Part shown: piece after piece, positions 11,008 through 20,863 of the stretch
Numbering within the stretch: position 1 is the first letter of the stretch
How the letters are laid out: each line of letters opens with the position of its first letter
From: Cenarchaeum sp.
GTDB taxonomy: Archaea; Thermoproteota; Nitrososphaeria; Nitrososphaerales; Nitrosopumilaceae
DNA: 64,000 nt
Direction: 5' to 3'
Assembly (NCBI GenBank): GCA_963692915.1
Contig: OY843584.1
Span: 1,568,001-1,632,000 of the forward strand
Made by a program: the position numbers and the translations under genes
The notes under the pieces: generated by a model
Database searches by the model: none
What the model was told of the DNA's origin: nothing
Seen by the model: only the letters and a program-made list of their open reading frames with translations

Positions 11008-12267
11008 ATGACAGACGTCCATGCGGGTGCCCATGGGAGCACATTTCAGGGACAAGTCAGTGCTAGAAAGGAGTCGTCACAGGCGGGGTTGCCCATGACG
11101 ACCAGTCACGAGCCAGTCACTGCCCGTATTGCAGAGAGTAGCTGGCGCCTAAAGGCTCTGATTGACCAGGTGTATTACTGGTACATGAACCAGGGACTGC
11201 GCATGGATAGCCAGGGCGGAACAGGCACGCTGTACTTTCCCCCGTCGACTGAGGAGGTTCTCAGGTATGTGCGATATTTTGTTCTAGAGCTGCAGGACTT
11301 TGTCGGCCTGTATGAGCGTAACTTTGACACTATAATGTCAAGGCAGCTGTATCCAGATCCGCAAAAGTTATACACAATTCTTGAGGGACAGCACGACACT
11401 GCCAGGTTTGTGAGGGATCTGGGTCGTGATCTGGGCACAGGTTCTGCAATTGCGTTGGACGATATGGCCTCAAGGGTGAATACAAAGAGGTTTGAGGACA
11501 TTTTGATCTACACTAGACTAGTTATAGAGTTTCAGGATGAAATAATAAAGAGTGATAAAGGAAGTCCAATCGAAATGAGCGTTGATTTGTGGGATAAAAT
11601 CCTGGCTCAGTTGAGCCCTAGAACCGACAGCGATGCGAGTGAGTTGACAATGAGATATCGTGATATGTCAGTTTTGATCGATGTAGAGCCACACATTGGG
11701 ACATACAGCAACATGTACCGGCTATGTAAAGGAATGATGATGCTGCAAGATATGCTAAATCGTAGCATTGTGGAATTCAAAAATAATCCAATGGGCAAAG
11801 TTATGCCTTTAACTGTCGCAGGATATATGATAAAATACATGATTATTGATCTGCGCAATTTTCTAGAATTGTGCAACAAGCTAGAATTGAGCCCGAGCAT
11901 TGGTTTTTCCTCAAGGTATGAAACATATCGCGAATTGCAAGACCAATGGTCTGCAAATATCGATGCAAAAGAGGGTTCAAGCATGAGACGACTGCTTTAC
12001 GAACGCCCCACAATTATCAGCTATATTTGTGATGACATAGACGAAGCTAGGCTAATCATGTCTCGCATAGATGGGGAATTTATGGGCAAGTGCGCAATTC
12101 CTGACAGCCCCGTTTATGAACCCAATTTTGCAGCCATTGACACAAGACTCAATTCGGCACGTAAGAAAGTTATCTGCCGTCCCCGTGCCAAACCCGAAAA
12201 CGACGAACAAGCAGAGGAGCTCATGACTAAGCTGAAAAAAATTGTCAGTGGAGGTTTGGATGAATGA
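11008..12267 (+). CDS. paralog of 4114-5316 lacking the RxH motifs (start may be 11095)
   Basis: VRYFVLEL and IKYMIIDL align with the paralog; RELQDQWSAN replaces REIRRQYSAH. Confidence 0.7.
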   Translation: MTDVHAGAHGSTFQGQVSARKESSQAGLPMTTSHEPVTARIAESSWRLKALIDQVYYWYMNQGLRMDSQGGTGTLYFPPSTEEVLRYVRYFVLELQDFVGLYERNFDTIMSRQLYPDPQKLYTILEGQHDTARFVRDLGRDLGTGSAIALDDMASRVNTKRFEDILIYTRLVIEFQDEIIKSDKGSPIEMSVDLWDKILAQLSPRTDSDASELTMRYRDMSVLIDVEPHIGTYSNMYRLCKGMMMLQDMLNRSIVEFKNNPMGKVMPLTVAGYMIKYMIIDLRNFLELCNKLELSPSIGFSSRYETYRELQDQWSANIDAKEGSSMRRLLYERPTIISYICDDIDEARLIMSRIDGEFMGKCAIPDSPVYEPNFAAIDTRLNSARKKVICRPRAKPENDEQAEELMTKLKKIVSGGLDE

Positions 12268-13112
12268 CTGATATGGACGACTCGCACAGTGCAAAGACCG
12301 AGCAGATATCCGTAAACAGCGGTGACACTCCGTACACAACATATGAGCTAAGGGTGGACAGCCTGGCTCGCAAATACGCAAAAAACAAGTACCGTCTCGT
12401 GGATTACGCGCAAGAGATGTATGATGTGCGTGCACTGAGGCGTCCACGGCGTGCCGATTACAGGCTAGAGGGCGTGGTATGCACGCAAGAGGCCGATCAT
12501 CCGTCGTTCATGCCAGGAGATCTTGCACCGCCGGATCGCAGCATGGATAGTTCTGACTCTGTCTTGTCTGATAACGACCCTTCAGCACCATATAGCACAT
12601 TGGCACCACCTATACCCAAAAAAGACGAGGAGGGTGCGCGAGTTGTGCTTATTGAACGGCTGGCACAGTTCATAAACTATCTTGCCGAAAAAGGTGTGAT
12701 GGATGACACGCTGGTGAACACGTTTGATAAACGCCACAAGTTGCAAAAATACGTGTATATTGCCCAAAAGCTCGGGATCCGTATAGGATACGAATTTGAT
12801 TTTTTGGAAAACGGCGCATTCTCATCAGATCTGGGAATCGATATTTATGATTGTGATCCGAACGGCACACATTTGGAGGCGTTAAATCTTAGGACGAACG
12901 TGTCAGACGTGTTTATTAAAATGGTTCTCGGGAGAAGCACACGGTGGCTTCAGGTGGCAACATTTGTCCTGCAAGATCGTGAAATGACCACTAGCGCTGA
13001 ATTTGCGAGGGATGTGGTGCAGGGGACAATAGTATATGATCCTGGACTAGTCGATAGTGTCATTAAAAAAGTTCGTGCATATATGAGGAGTCTGGAGGGA
13101 ACTGAACAATGA
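12264..13112 (+). CDS. YwgA/Panacea-like protein with N-terminal extension
   Basis: LQKYVYIAQKLGIRIGYEFDFLENGAFSSDLGID; ATGA-coupled to both neighbours. Confidence 0.7.
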   Translation: MTDMDDSHSAKTEQISVNSGDTPYTTYELRVDSLARKYAKNKYRLVDYAQEMYDVRALRRPRRADYRLEGVVCTQEADHPSFMPGDLAPPDRSMDSSDSVLSDNDPSAPYSTLAPPIPKKDEEGARVVLIERLAQFINYLAEKGVMDDTLVNTFDKRHKLQKYVYIAQKLGIRIGYEFDFLENGAFSSDLGIDIYDCDPNGTHLEALNLRTNVSDVFIKMVLGRSTRWLQVATFVLQDREMTTSAEFARDVVQGTIVYDPGLVDSVIKKVRAYMRSLEGTEQ

Positions 13113-13675
13113 GTGCAAGCTCAGCAGACGAACTTGAGCTCCAACATCAACATGTGGATTCATTTTTTGTAATTTGTCTATCGGGAGTCATTATCTTAGC
13201 TCTATTATTGAGCACACAGGGTGCAGCGCTCCTCAGCTTTGTAATTGGTGTACCTCCGTTGGTGTTTATGATATATGTTGTTCTGTCATCAAAAAAGGCA
13301 AATAAGGCAAAAAAGGTTGAGGAAGCGAACGAAATAAACGCAATTAAAAAGCACTTGGAACAATGCGAGAAAACCCTTCAAATCATGGACATTACATTAA
13401 AAAATACTCCTGCAGACTATCGCATGTACATGGCATTGAATCACCTTGCCGACGTAATCATCCTGTTTACTTCACAATATAGACGGTACATTGATGAAAA
13501 TGCAGCAAACGCCGCGCTAGATGCAGAAATGATAATCATAACGGCTGAGATTACACGAGATCGCAGTCTTCAAAGCTATATTGCCCCAATTGGAGACTAT
13601 GTCAGGGTCATAAAAGACGGCGTGCTCACGGTGAACTCTTCGTCGCTAAGCGTCAGGCGGACAGTGTCAGTATAG
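13109..13675 (+). CDS. two-TM membrane protein with helical C-terminal domain
   Basis: Two hydrophobic helices at aa ~19-60; ATGA overlap with the upstream gene. Confidence 0.7.
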   Translation: MSASSADELELQHQHVDSFFVICLSGVIILALLLSTQGAALLSFVIGVPPLVFMIYVVLSSKKANKAKKVEEANEINAIKKHLEQCEKTLQIMDITLKNTPADYRMYMALNHLADVIILFTSQYRRYIDENAANAALDAEMIIITAEITRDRSLQSYIAPIGDYVRVIKDGVLTVNSSSLSVRRTVSV

Positions 13676-13716
13676 GCAACCACAAGGCATTCTCAAACCC
13701 AACTTACAGATATAAT

Positions 13717-15240
13717 TCACGTGCGCAAAGGCTGGCTGATTGCACGATCAAGCGATTCCTTGGCCTCTTTGTGAAGGCCAAGGTTGAGGAGTGCAGTACC
13801 GCGCCCAAAATGTGCCGCCTGTTGGTCAGAATCCAGCGAGAGGGCAAGCTCAAAGGCGCTGAGGGCCTCTTTGTGGCGTTTGAGGTTGAGGAGGGCGGTG
13901 CCACGGTTGCTGTGCATGTCGGCCCAACCGGGGTCTAGCTTGACAACTCTGTCAAGGGAGACGAGGGCTTCCTCGTGTCGCCCGAGGTTGAGGAGGGCGG
14001 TGCCGCGGCTGCTGTGCATGTTAATGTTGTTGGGATCCAGCTTTACGGCAGCGTCAAATGACCTGATGGCGTCTTCATTGCTGCCGAGGTTGAGAAGGGC
14101 GTAAGCACGTCCAAAGTGGGCAGATGGCGTCTCGTGGGTAATTGATATTGCGCGATCAAAGGCATCGAGGGCTTCCTCGTGTCGCCCGAGGTTGAGGAGG
14201 GCGGTGCCGCGGCTGCTGTGCACATCAGCCATATCGAGATTCGCCGCGATGACCCTGTCGGGATTCGCCTCGATGATCTTGTTGAGGGCGTCGAGGGCAT
14301 ACTCATGGGAGCCGAGGTTGAGGAGAGCATGAGCACGTCCAAAGTGGGCCTGTAAGGCGTCGGGGTCGAGCAATATTGTGCGATCAAAGGCGTCAAGCGC
14401 ATCGACGTTACGACCAAGCGCAAGCAGGGCATTGCCTCCAATGATAGACTTGTCGTCTGAATCCTGCTCTGATGCGGGGGTGGGGGTGGCCAGTGTTTCG
14501 GCGTTATGGCCAAGTGTGCGCAGGACTTCATTTTTTCGGTTATGCATATCAATGTTGTCTGGATCAAGCTTGGTCGCCTGTTCAAAAGCACCAAGGGCCT
14601 CGCTGTGATGACCCATTGCATTCAGGACTATGCCCACGTTGTTATGCGCAGAGGCGTTTTCAGGCTGCAGTTCGGCAACGTGTTTAAAATGGACAAGCGC
14701 CTCTTGATGACGACTCAGGGCAGACAGGGCATGACCCACATTACTGCGTGCTGTCGCATTGTCGGGCTGCCGCTTGGCAGCTTGCTTAAATGCTTCAAGC
14801 GCATCACTGTGTTTGCCAAGCACGTACAAAAGACGTCCATAGTCGTTATGAGCAGTCGCATTTTCAGGATCTATGCTGACGGCCTGTCTAAATGCTTCAA
14901 GCGCCTCCTCGTTGCGCCTCAGAACGCGTAGCAGATAACCCATACTGCGGCATGTCTCGGCGTTTTTGAGGTCAAGTTTCCTGGCCTGTCTAAATGCTTC
15001 AAGCGCCTCCTCGTTGCGCCTCAGAACGCGCAGCGCATTGCCCATACCGGCGTATGCGTCGGCGTTTTTGGGGTCAATCTCCACGGCTCGCTTGAACCTA
15101 ACCAGGGCCTCTTTGTGGCGGCCGTTCTTTGACATTGCAAGGCCTTGCTCGTAGTGGGCTTTTGAGCTGCCATTGTTCGCGGCGACTGCGGCAATAAGTC
15201 CAACAAGAGCGGCGCCGACCAACAGTGCCCCAACAGCCAT
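13717..15240 (-). CDS. TPR protein with N-terminal membrane anchor
   Basis: MAVGALLVGAALVGLIAAVA followed by TPRs; near-exact DNA duplication of one TPR unit (14881 vs 14983, 102-bp period). Confidence 0.92.
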   Translation of the reverse strand: MAVGALLVGAALVGLIAAVAANNGSSKAHYEQGLAMSKNGRHKEALVRFKRAVEIDPKNADAYAGMGNALRVLRRNEEALEAFRQARKLDLKNAETCRSMGYLLRVLRRNEEALEAFRQAVSIDPENATAHNDYGRLLYVLGKHSDALEAFKQAAKRQPDNATARSNVGHALSALSRHQEALVHFKHVAELQPENASAHNNVGIVLNAMGHHSEALGAFEQATKLDPDNIDMHNRKNEVLRTLGHNAETLATPTPASEQDSDDKSIIGGNALLALGRNVDALDAFDRTILLDPDALQAHFGRAHALLNLGSHEYALDALNKIIEANPDRVIAANLDMADVHSSRGTALLNLGRHEEALDAFDRAISITHETPSAHFGRAYALLNLGSNEDAIRSFDAAVKLDPNNINMHSSRGTALLNLGRHEEALVSLDRVVKLDPGWADMHSNRGTALLNLKRHKEALSAFELALSLDSDQQAAHFGRGTALLNLGLHKEAKESLDRAISQPLRT

Positions 15241-15292
15241 AGGCCGTTAGTGCCATTAACTAGATTTAAACTTGTCGTAGTTTTTAGGCACG

Positions 15293-15345
15293 TGTTTTAT
15301 ACGGAAAGTGGGGACGTTGCCCACTCGTGCCTTCCTCTGTCCGCC
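15293..15345 (-). mobile_element. solo IS481-family end
   Basis: TGTTTTATACGGAAAG is identical to the end at 22400. Confidence 0.65.
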
Positions 15346-15822
15346 TCACCCGCCCGGGTCAACCTTGCCCTCTAGGCCGCACCACTTGATAAACATCTCT
15401 AGCCCATCGGACTCTAGATTATCGAGCTCGACAATGTGCTCCCTTTTCAGCAAGAGAATGCCCTCGTCCATGGCCGGCCGCATGTCGCTGGCCTCTGCCA
15501 TGGATATGTAGACGATGCGCACGTGATTGGAGCGCAGCAGCCCCAGATCTTTGGATATCCTGCCGGCGAGGTCTCGCGCATCCCACGTCCTCAGGTCCTT
15601 GCGCTTGCGGCGCCTCGTGTCCTTTTGCGCGTTCTCGGTGACCTCGACGAGAAACGTGGCACCGCCACACGTGAGCACGATGTCGATCTCTGTCTCCTCG
15701 CTGTCGTCTGCCCTGGGCAGAATGTGGTTCACTGCCTCGACGTGGAGACCCATGCCCTCTAGGAGTATCCTAATGTCGTTCTCTAGCTCGTTTCTTGGGC
15801 TCATATGGCAGGCAGCCTCCAT
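15346..15822 (-). CDS. small PD-(D/E)xK-fold nuclease-like protein (paralog of 496-969)
   Basis: ETEIDIVL...FLVEVTENAQ. Confidence 0.65.
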   Translation of the reverse strand: MEAACHMSPRNELENDIRILLEGMGLHVEAVNHILPRADDSEETEIDIVLTCGGATFLVEVTENAQKDTRRRKRKDLRTWDARDLAGRISKDLGLLRSNHVRIVYISMAEASDMRPAMDEGILLLKREHIVELDNLESDGLEMFIKWCGLEGKVDPGG

Positions 15823-15970
15823 GATGACATGTATGGGGTGTGGTTCATGCTGGGATCCATGTGATCAGCAGACCTATCTCTGGCGCCGTGCCTGTCGGAG
15901 ATGCGCACAAGTACGTTCATCTGCAGGGCGTCGTGTGGGTTCCACATAAAAATAGTCCGCCGGTGGGTGG

Positions 15971-15987
15971 GCATGAGGTCAGCATCA
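15971..15987 (+). mobile_element. solo IS66-type TIR
   Basis: GCATGAGGTCAGCATCA. Confidence 0.55.
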
Positions 15988-16227
15988 CTGACCGTTCATT
16001 CCTATTGTGACCATGGTGTGTCTGTTTTGACGTGTTTGTCACCTGCTGATATGACCATTTCGCGTGCTGCTTGCAATGGCAAAATCAATGCCTGACGCTC
16101 TTTAGCTAACACAGAGGATCGGGTATCACGTGGATGATTCAAAGCGGGAACAGAGTCAAAATCAGCTTTTGGACAGAGCGGCTCTGGACTGCTAGTAATC
16201 ATTGAATATTCTGGGGTTCACGGTTCC

Positions 16228-16878
16228 CTACCGTCCAAGCAAGACGATCCCCAAATCCCATAACTTGGACAGGGGTCGCTCACTACTAAATCTGGTTCTT
16301 ATGCATTGCAGCGTTCCAAGAAACGCCCTTTTCTCTATGTCATTATCAATGACCTCAGGCGGCAATCCACGTGAGCGTTGCCAGAGGGTTAGATCTTCGC
16401 CCTTGGGAGTTGTGCTATCCACCGCACGGGATCGGCTAGTTCTCTCCTTATTCACGCGGCAGGCTCGCAGATCTACAAACACCGGCGAGCCCTCCGCGAT
16501 TCCCTCGTCAAGAATGGTCTCGACGCACGCGCCAGGCTCATACACCTCGATCTCCCTTGACCCGTTCATGGTGTCAACTGACTCTAGTGCCATAAACGCG
16601 CCATTACTGACATCGCCCCAGTCCCTGCCGTCTCTGGTGTCACTTATACTGCTTACGCGCACAAGTTGCTCATCTTTTACGGTGACAATGTCGCCTTTGC
16701 AGATCTGCTGCTTGGCAGCCACTAGGCGTGGTTGCACGTAGATGCGATTGGCACGCTCGCAAACTTTGGCTCCAGGCACGTCATATTTGTTCGGTCTCTC
16801 ATCCATTGGGGGGGACTGGTCTATGAGGGTGGGACACCATGGGAATGTTGAGGACATGGGTGCGGTGTACAAGGGCAT
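16228..16878 (-). CDS. hypothetical protein
   Basis: 216-aa ORF with protein-like composition; no motif recognised and start uncertain. Confidence 0.45.
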   Translation of the reverse strand: MPLYTAPMSSTFPWCPTLIDQSPPMDERPNKYDVPGAKVCERANRIYVQPRLVAAKQQICKGDIVTVKDEQLVRVSSISDTRDGRDWGDVSNGAFMALESVDTMNGSREIEVYEPGACVETILDEGIAEGSPVFVDLRACRVNKERTSRSRAVDSTTPKGEDLTLWQRSRGLPPEVIDNDIEKRAFLGTLQCIRTRFSSERPLSKLWDLGIVLLGR

Positions 16879-17157
16879 AATATTTGTGCCTTGTGCCGGG
16901 CATGGCCTTGTGCGGACAGTGGACTGGGCAGGAGCTCTGGCACGTTGACAGGACGCCGACGATCCTAATCACCATGGAGGTAAAGTGCGAGTGGGGATCT
17001 CGAGGGCGTGGCATGTGGCTTGCTCGCCTGCCGATGTCGGATCAGTGTGCGCTTGGTAAAAATTTCTGCCTATCCTACTGTTTATCCAAGGCACATGGGT
17101 AGAATGCTCCATAACTCTTAAATTTGAAGCGTTGTCGCAAGTGTCGAAGAAGGCGGG

Positions 17158-18096
17158 ATGAAAAAGAAGTCAACTTCAAACGACCAGCGAGGCGGCGCAG
17201 CAACCTTGAACAGCGTGTTTCAGGCATCTGCGGAAAACCTCTCCACCGATCTGGATCTGTCCGCCTCAAAGTACAGGTCAGCTATTGCAAATTGCTCCGA
17301 TTTGATGAACCAGAACAACCCGGCACGCGTGTACTCTGAGGAAACTCGATCCAACATGGCGAGCCAGAAACGTAAGACACGCCAGAAATCTGGATTAGGC
17401 CAAACAACCACCGCCCGTCCCAAGTCCGGGGTACGCCGTAAAGGCAGCAGAACTTCTACACCGTCACTCAAGACGGCTAGGAATGCCACTGAGAGCCCGA
17501 GAGAGAGTAGCGTGCACAGGCATGTGTTACCATCTGAGGGTGGCCTCGATGGCGGGCACGGCATTAGTGATTATGATGATGACGAGTTGTCAATTAAGCC
17601 CGCCGTAGAAACTGACACTTTTACCGACGTGCAAGATGTGAACAAAGAATTTGTTGTCGAAAAAAACCACGTGAGCGAAAGCTCACAATTATTTCCATCA
17701 ACCATGGTCGGCATAAAGTCGGCAATATGTGAGAATGGCCATGTTCTTGACAGTGCTGTCCGTGTAGAAAAAAAATATGATGATTTCTGTAACCAATGTG
17801 GTGCTAGTGTCTTTACAGAGTGCAAAGAATGTGGTTCGCCAATTAACGAAGAACGCATTAACTATATCACGTATGCTGCACTCATTCCGACTCACAAGAC
17901 ACCGCCTTACCATTGCTCCAAATGTGGCAAGTCTTTTCCATGGGACGGTGATATGCGTCGCGTTACGAAAAACACGTCAGTTATTCAGTTTGTCAAAAAA
18001 CACCCCACGCGAGTTTTTGTTGGTGTGGCTGCGGCTGCTGGATTCATAGTTAGCCTTCTGGCTAACGCTGCCCAGCTGCTTACTTTTTTCTCCTGA
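17158..18096 (+). CDS. DUF2321-like multi-Zn-ribbon protein with NPNN-like leader and C-terminal TM
   Basis: ICENGH..FCNQCGA..ECKECGSPI..HCSKCGKSFPW; hydrophobic tail; TATA CTTAAAT at ~17117. Confidence 0.75.
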   Translation: MKKKSTSNDQRGGAATLNSVFQASAENLSTDLDLSASKYRSAIANCSDLMNQNNPARVYSEETRSNMASQKRKTRQKSGLGQTTTARPKSGVRRKGSRTSTPSLKTARNATESPRESSVHRHVLPSEGGLDGGHGISDYDDDELSIKPAVETDTFTDVQDVNKEFVVEKNHVSESSQLFPSTMVGIKSAICENGHVLDSAVRVEKKYDDFCNQCGASVFTECKECGSPINEERINYITYAALIPTHKTPPYHCSKCGKSFPWDGDMRRVTKNTSVIQFVKKHPTRVFVGVAAAAGFIVSLLANAAQLLTFFS

Positions 18097-18183
18097 TCGT
18101 CGATTGTGGACATGGTTTATATCGGCTTTGTAATCCAATTTTATCGTGTGATCAAGCCAATAACACACTAATTTCTCTAGGTG

Positions 18184-18224
18184 TACAATGGTGTTGACAT
18201 ACAATGGTGTTGACATACAATGGT
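18184..18224. repeat. 16-bp tandem repeat x2.5 (TACAATGGTGTTGACA)
   Basis: Directly visible; intergenic. Confidence 0.85.
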
Positions 18225-18392
18225 CACATGACTTTTCTCTAAATTTGGTGTCCTAAACCACAAGGTCTTCTGATCATGGAACTAGACAGAATTTTGCGTC
18301 ACGTGATGATCCGAAACACCTGCTTGTGCTTATTCGTGGACGGCACCTCTGGGCTAATTACATAAATATCAGTCATCTTGAGGCAGATATTC

Positions 18393-18644
18393 ATGACAGG
18401 CGTGGCGGATCCAACATGTCCATTTTGTAATGTGCTTTTGGCCAACAACCCTATCAACATGACATCTCGATGTCCTGATTGTCTGCGGTATTACACGTAT
18501 GAGACTGTCGGCATTGATAGCCGTTTTGGCGGTCGGTTCGTAAACAAAATACGACAAATTACATTTTCCCAAATATTGCATGGTGCTGCAGCCGGATTTG
18601 GTATTATCGTGGGAGCGTTGGCATTATATGCTGTTTTTGGTTAA
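18393..18644 (+). CDS. small Zn-ribbon protein with C-terminal TM
   Basis: CPFC..CPDC and a hydrophobic C-terminus; CATAAATA upstream. Confidence 0.6.
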   Translation: MTGVADPTCPFCNVLLANNPINMTSRCPDCLRYYTYETVGIDSRFGGRFVNKIRQITFSQILHGAAAGFGIIVGALALYAVFG

Positions 18645-18804
18645 TCAGTCCATCATTATGTGCTTATTCTCATTAGTTCAATAATTGTGCAGATATCTAA
18701 TGTCTTTTCATGCAGATGTGCCAGGATTGTTATATTTAATTTGCAATTCAGTCCCGATGACACTATTCATGGTCGTCTCACCTATAACAAGTCTGCTGCA
18801 CATT

Positions 18805-20031
18805 TTATTCATCCCAATACTGGTCCACCATTTCTTGGAGCTTTTTTGCTAGCGTTGTTTCTGGAACAATCTCTCCTTGACGTATTGATATGGTTTCGGG
18901 ACGGCCCCTGAGTCGAATAATCACAACTTCTGAATGTTCGGGCATATTTTTGCGAACATATTCTCGGAACCTTTCAGTACGTGTCTCCACGTCATTCAAA
19001 TAGTCAAACCCAACTGCGAGCACATACACTGTTGGAGTATTTGTCTCTCTTAATGCTTCAATTTGACTTTTCTTTTCAAACAACTTTTCCCACTCTTTTC
19101 TAAAGTCTATGCGCTCGAATGATTGTGGGCATGCTGCAACAATTGTATCATGCGCATAGACTTCAGCCATATACTTGGTACTCTCAAACTCAAATCCCAG
19201 ATCAGCTACTTTTTTTGTTGGGTTGATTTTTGGCTCTATCTCTACCTTTTGAAAATATTCTGGAGCTATTGCGAGTATCTTCATCTCTGCTATCGCCGTC
19301 ATAAAATTGTCGTGTAGTTTCTGGGCATAGTCGCATCTTTGTTTATCATTACAGAATTCCCACGTCTTCTTGCAAACAGAGTCTATATACTGCATATGTT
19401 TCTTGTATGGGTCGTTGTTTTTAAAATGCTCGCTTAGCACTTGAACAAACGAATTTGTGTTTTCTTTGTCGAGGCCTTCTTTCACAATTAACAATCTGTA
19501 CATATTTGGATAGCGATCTTTTACCCATTCCCAAAATTTTGGATTGTTTGTCATAATCTGTCTATGCAGCACAATGCGGGAAATATGTCCAACTAGGGAG
19601 TTGTATTTATTTGGTGTGTGTATAATGCCCATCTCGAGTGATTTTGCACTTGCCACCCTGTCAGTTATTCTAGTGATCTGCTCTTCGTTGGGTTCTATGG
19701 CGCTCTTGAACTCGTTGTTGTGAGTATGTTGCTTCTTTAGCACTCTGAGATACATCAAGAGCGTCATCTCTACTAGGTCTGTCTGCTCCATTATCTCATC
19801 ATCCTGTCCTTCCAGCCAGTCAAACAGCTCGACATGTTTTCCCTCGTTCAACAGCTCTACTGCCTTGTTGGCAAGCTTTTGCACTCGCCCCTCCTCTTTG
19901 AGGCCTTTTGTTTGTTCATAGCGAGAAACTGCCCACGTGTAATAATCATATTTCACCACTGCTATGGGATATCTGCTTCCTGGCATTGTGCTCATGCTGC
20001 ACCCAAAGTTAGGGCGTTCTATATAACTCAT
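18805..20031 (-). CDS. helical N-domain plus C-terminal PD-(D/E)xK-like nuclease (distant paralog of 27985 and 44643)
   Basis: AEMKI..IEP...KVADLGF..MAEVY..KSQI, the same motif order as in the paralogs. Confidence 0.65.
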   Translation of the reverse strand: MSYIERPNFGCSMSTMPGSRYPIAVVKYDYYTWAVSRYEQTKGLKEEGRVQKLANKAVELLNEGKHVELFDWLEGQDDEIMEQTDLVEMTLLMYLRVLKKQHTHNNEFKSAIEPNEEQITRITDRVASAKSLEMGIIHTPNKYNSLVGHISRIVLHRQIMTNNPKFWEWVKDRYPNMYRLLIVKEGLDKENTNSFVQVLSEHFKNNDPYKKHMQYIDSVCKKTWEFCNDKQRCDYAQKLHDNFMTAIAEMKILAIAPEYFQKVEIEPKINPTKKVADLGFEFESTKYMAEVYAHDTIVAACPQSFERIDFRKEWEKLFEKKSQIEALRETNTPTVYVLAVGFDYLNDVETRTERFREYVRKNMPEHSEVVIIRLRGRPETISIRQGEIVPETTLAKKLQEMVDQYWDE

Positions 20032-20045
20032 TCTTGTTTTTGATG

Positions 20046-20158
20046 GTATGAGGTCAGCACCTCTGCCTGCTCATGCCTAGACAGGCGCTGAAGTGGCAAG
20101 TAGATCGACAGGATCACGCCTATTTGGCCAAATGAGCAGAAGGGTGCTGACCTCATAC
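20046..20158. mobile_element. 113-bp IS66-type MITE
   Basis: Perfect 16-bp TIR GTATGAGGTCAGCACC/GGTGCTGACCTCATAC and 8-bp TSD TTTTGATG on both sides. Confidence 0.92.
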
Positions 20159-20314
20159 TTTTGATGAATGAGTGTGTGTTTTACCGGGAGTCGATAAGAG
20201 TGGTTTTCGGATGTGCACGTACCCGCAGTTCTGCGGAATCTGGAATATGTGCCCTAGGGGTTCGGATGCGCGTGCCTAGCCGTTTATCCAATAGTCCCAC
20301 ACCATGACATCTCC

Positions 20315-20776
20315 TCAGGACGACGTGAGCGCATGGTACCTGCGGTGTGTGCCAATCCGGGCGACAATTCGCCATAGCGCTGCCAGGACGCGTCTGTTTG
20401 CAAACCTGCCAAGCCTGTGCGCAAGCCTTGCCATTGTCGGCACACTCCTGTAGAGGCTGGCATCCAGCGAGACGGCACGGCCAAAGGAGCCGAGCGCCTC
20501 GCGATACCGGCCAAGGGCGAGCAGGTCATACCCCATGCAAAGGCGCGTGAGCGCATCGTGGGGGCGCAGGCAGATGGCATGTTCAAGACACGGCAGCGCC
20601 TCGGCGTATCGCCCCTGCAGATACAGGAGAATGCCCATGTCCCTTGGGTCTGCGGGGGTGTGCTGTCTTTGTGGTGTGGGCGTGGGCTGTTTTGATGCCT
20701 GGGTGATGAGCGCAATGACGGCGATAATTCCGACTCCCTTGAAAAAGTCGCCCAATGCGTCATCTAGCTGACCCAT
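20315..20776 (-). CDS. small membrane-anchored TPR protein
   Basis: MGQLDDALGDFFKGVGIIAVIALI plus 2 TPRs; paralog at 30933-31400; TATA ~25 nt upstream of 20776. Confidence 0.75.
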   Translation of the reverse strand: MGQLDDALGDFFKGVGIIAVIALITQASKQPTPTPQRQHTPADPRDMGILLYLQGRYAEALPCLEHAICLRPHDALTRLCMGYDLLALGRYREALGSFGRAVSLDASLYRSVPTMARLAHRLGRFANRRVLAALWRIVARIGTHRRYHALTSS

Positions 20777-20863
20777 GGGTCTCCTTGGGGGTCTTTGCCC
20801 ATTTAAGCATTGGTTTGGATCCTGGCCTTTGGGGTTCTCAGAGGCCACATCTGAGATTTTGGC

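Noticed and set aside
18184-18224. 16-bp tandem repeat as a mini-CRISPR or iterons
   Set aside because: No spacers and only 2.5 units; simple slippage is sufficient.
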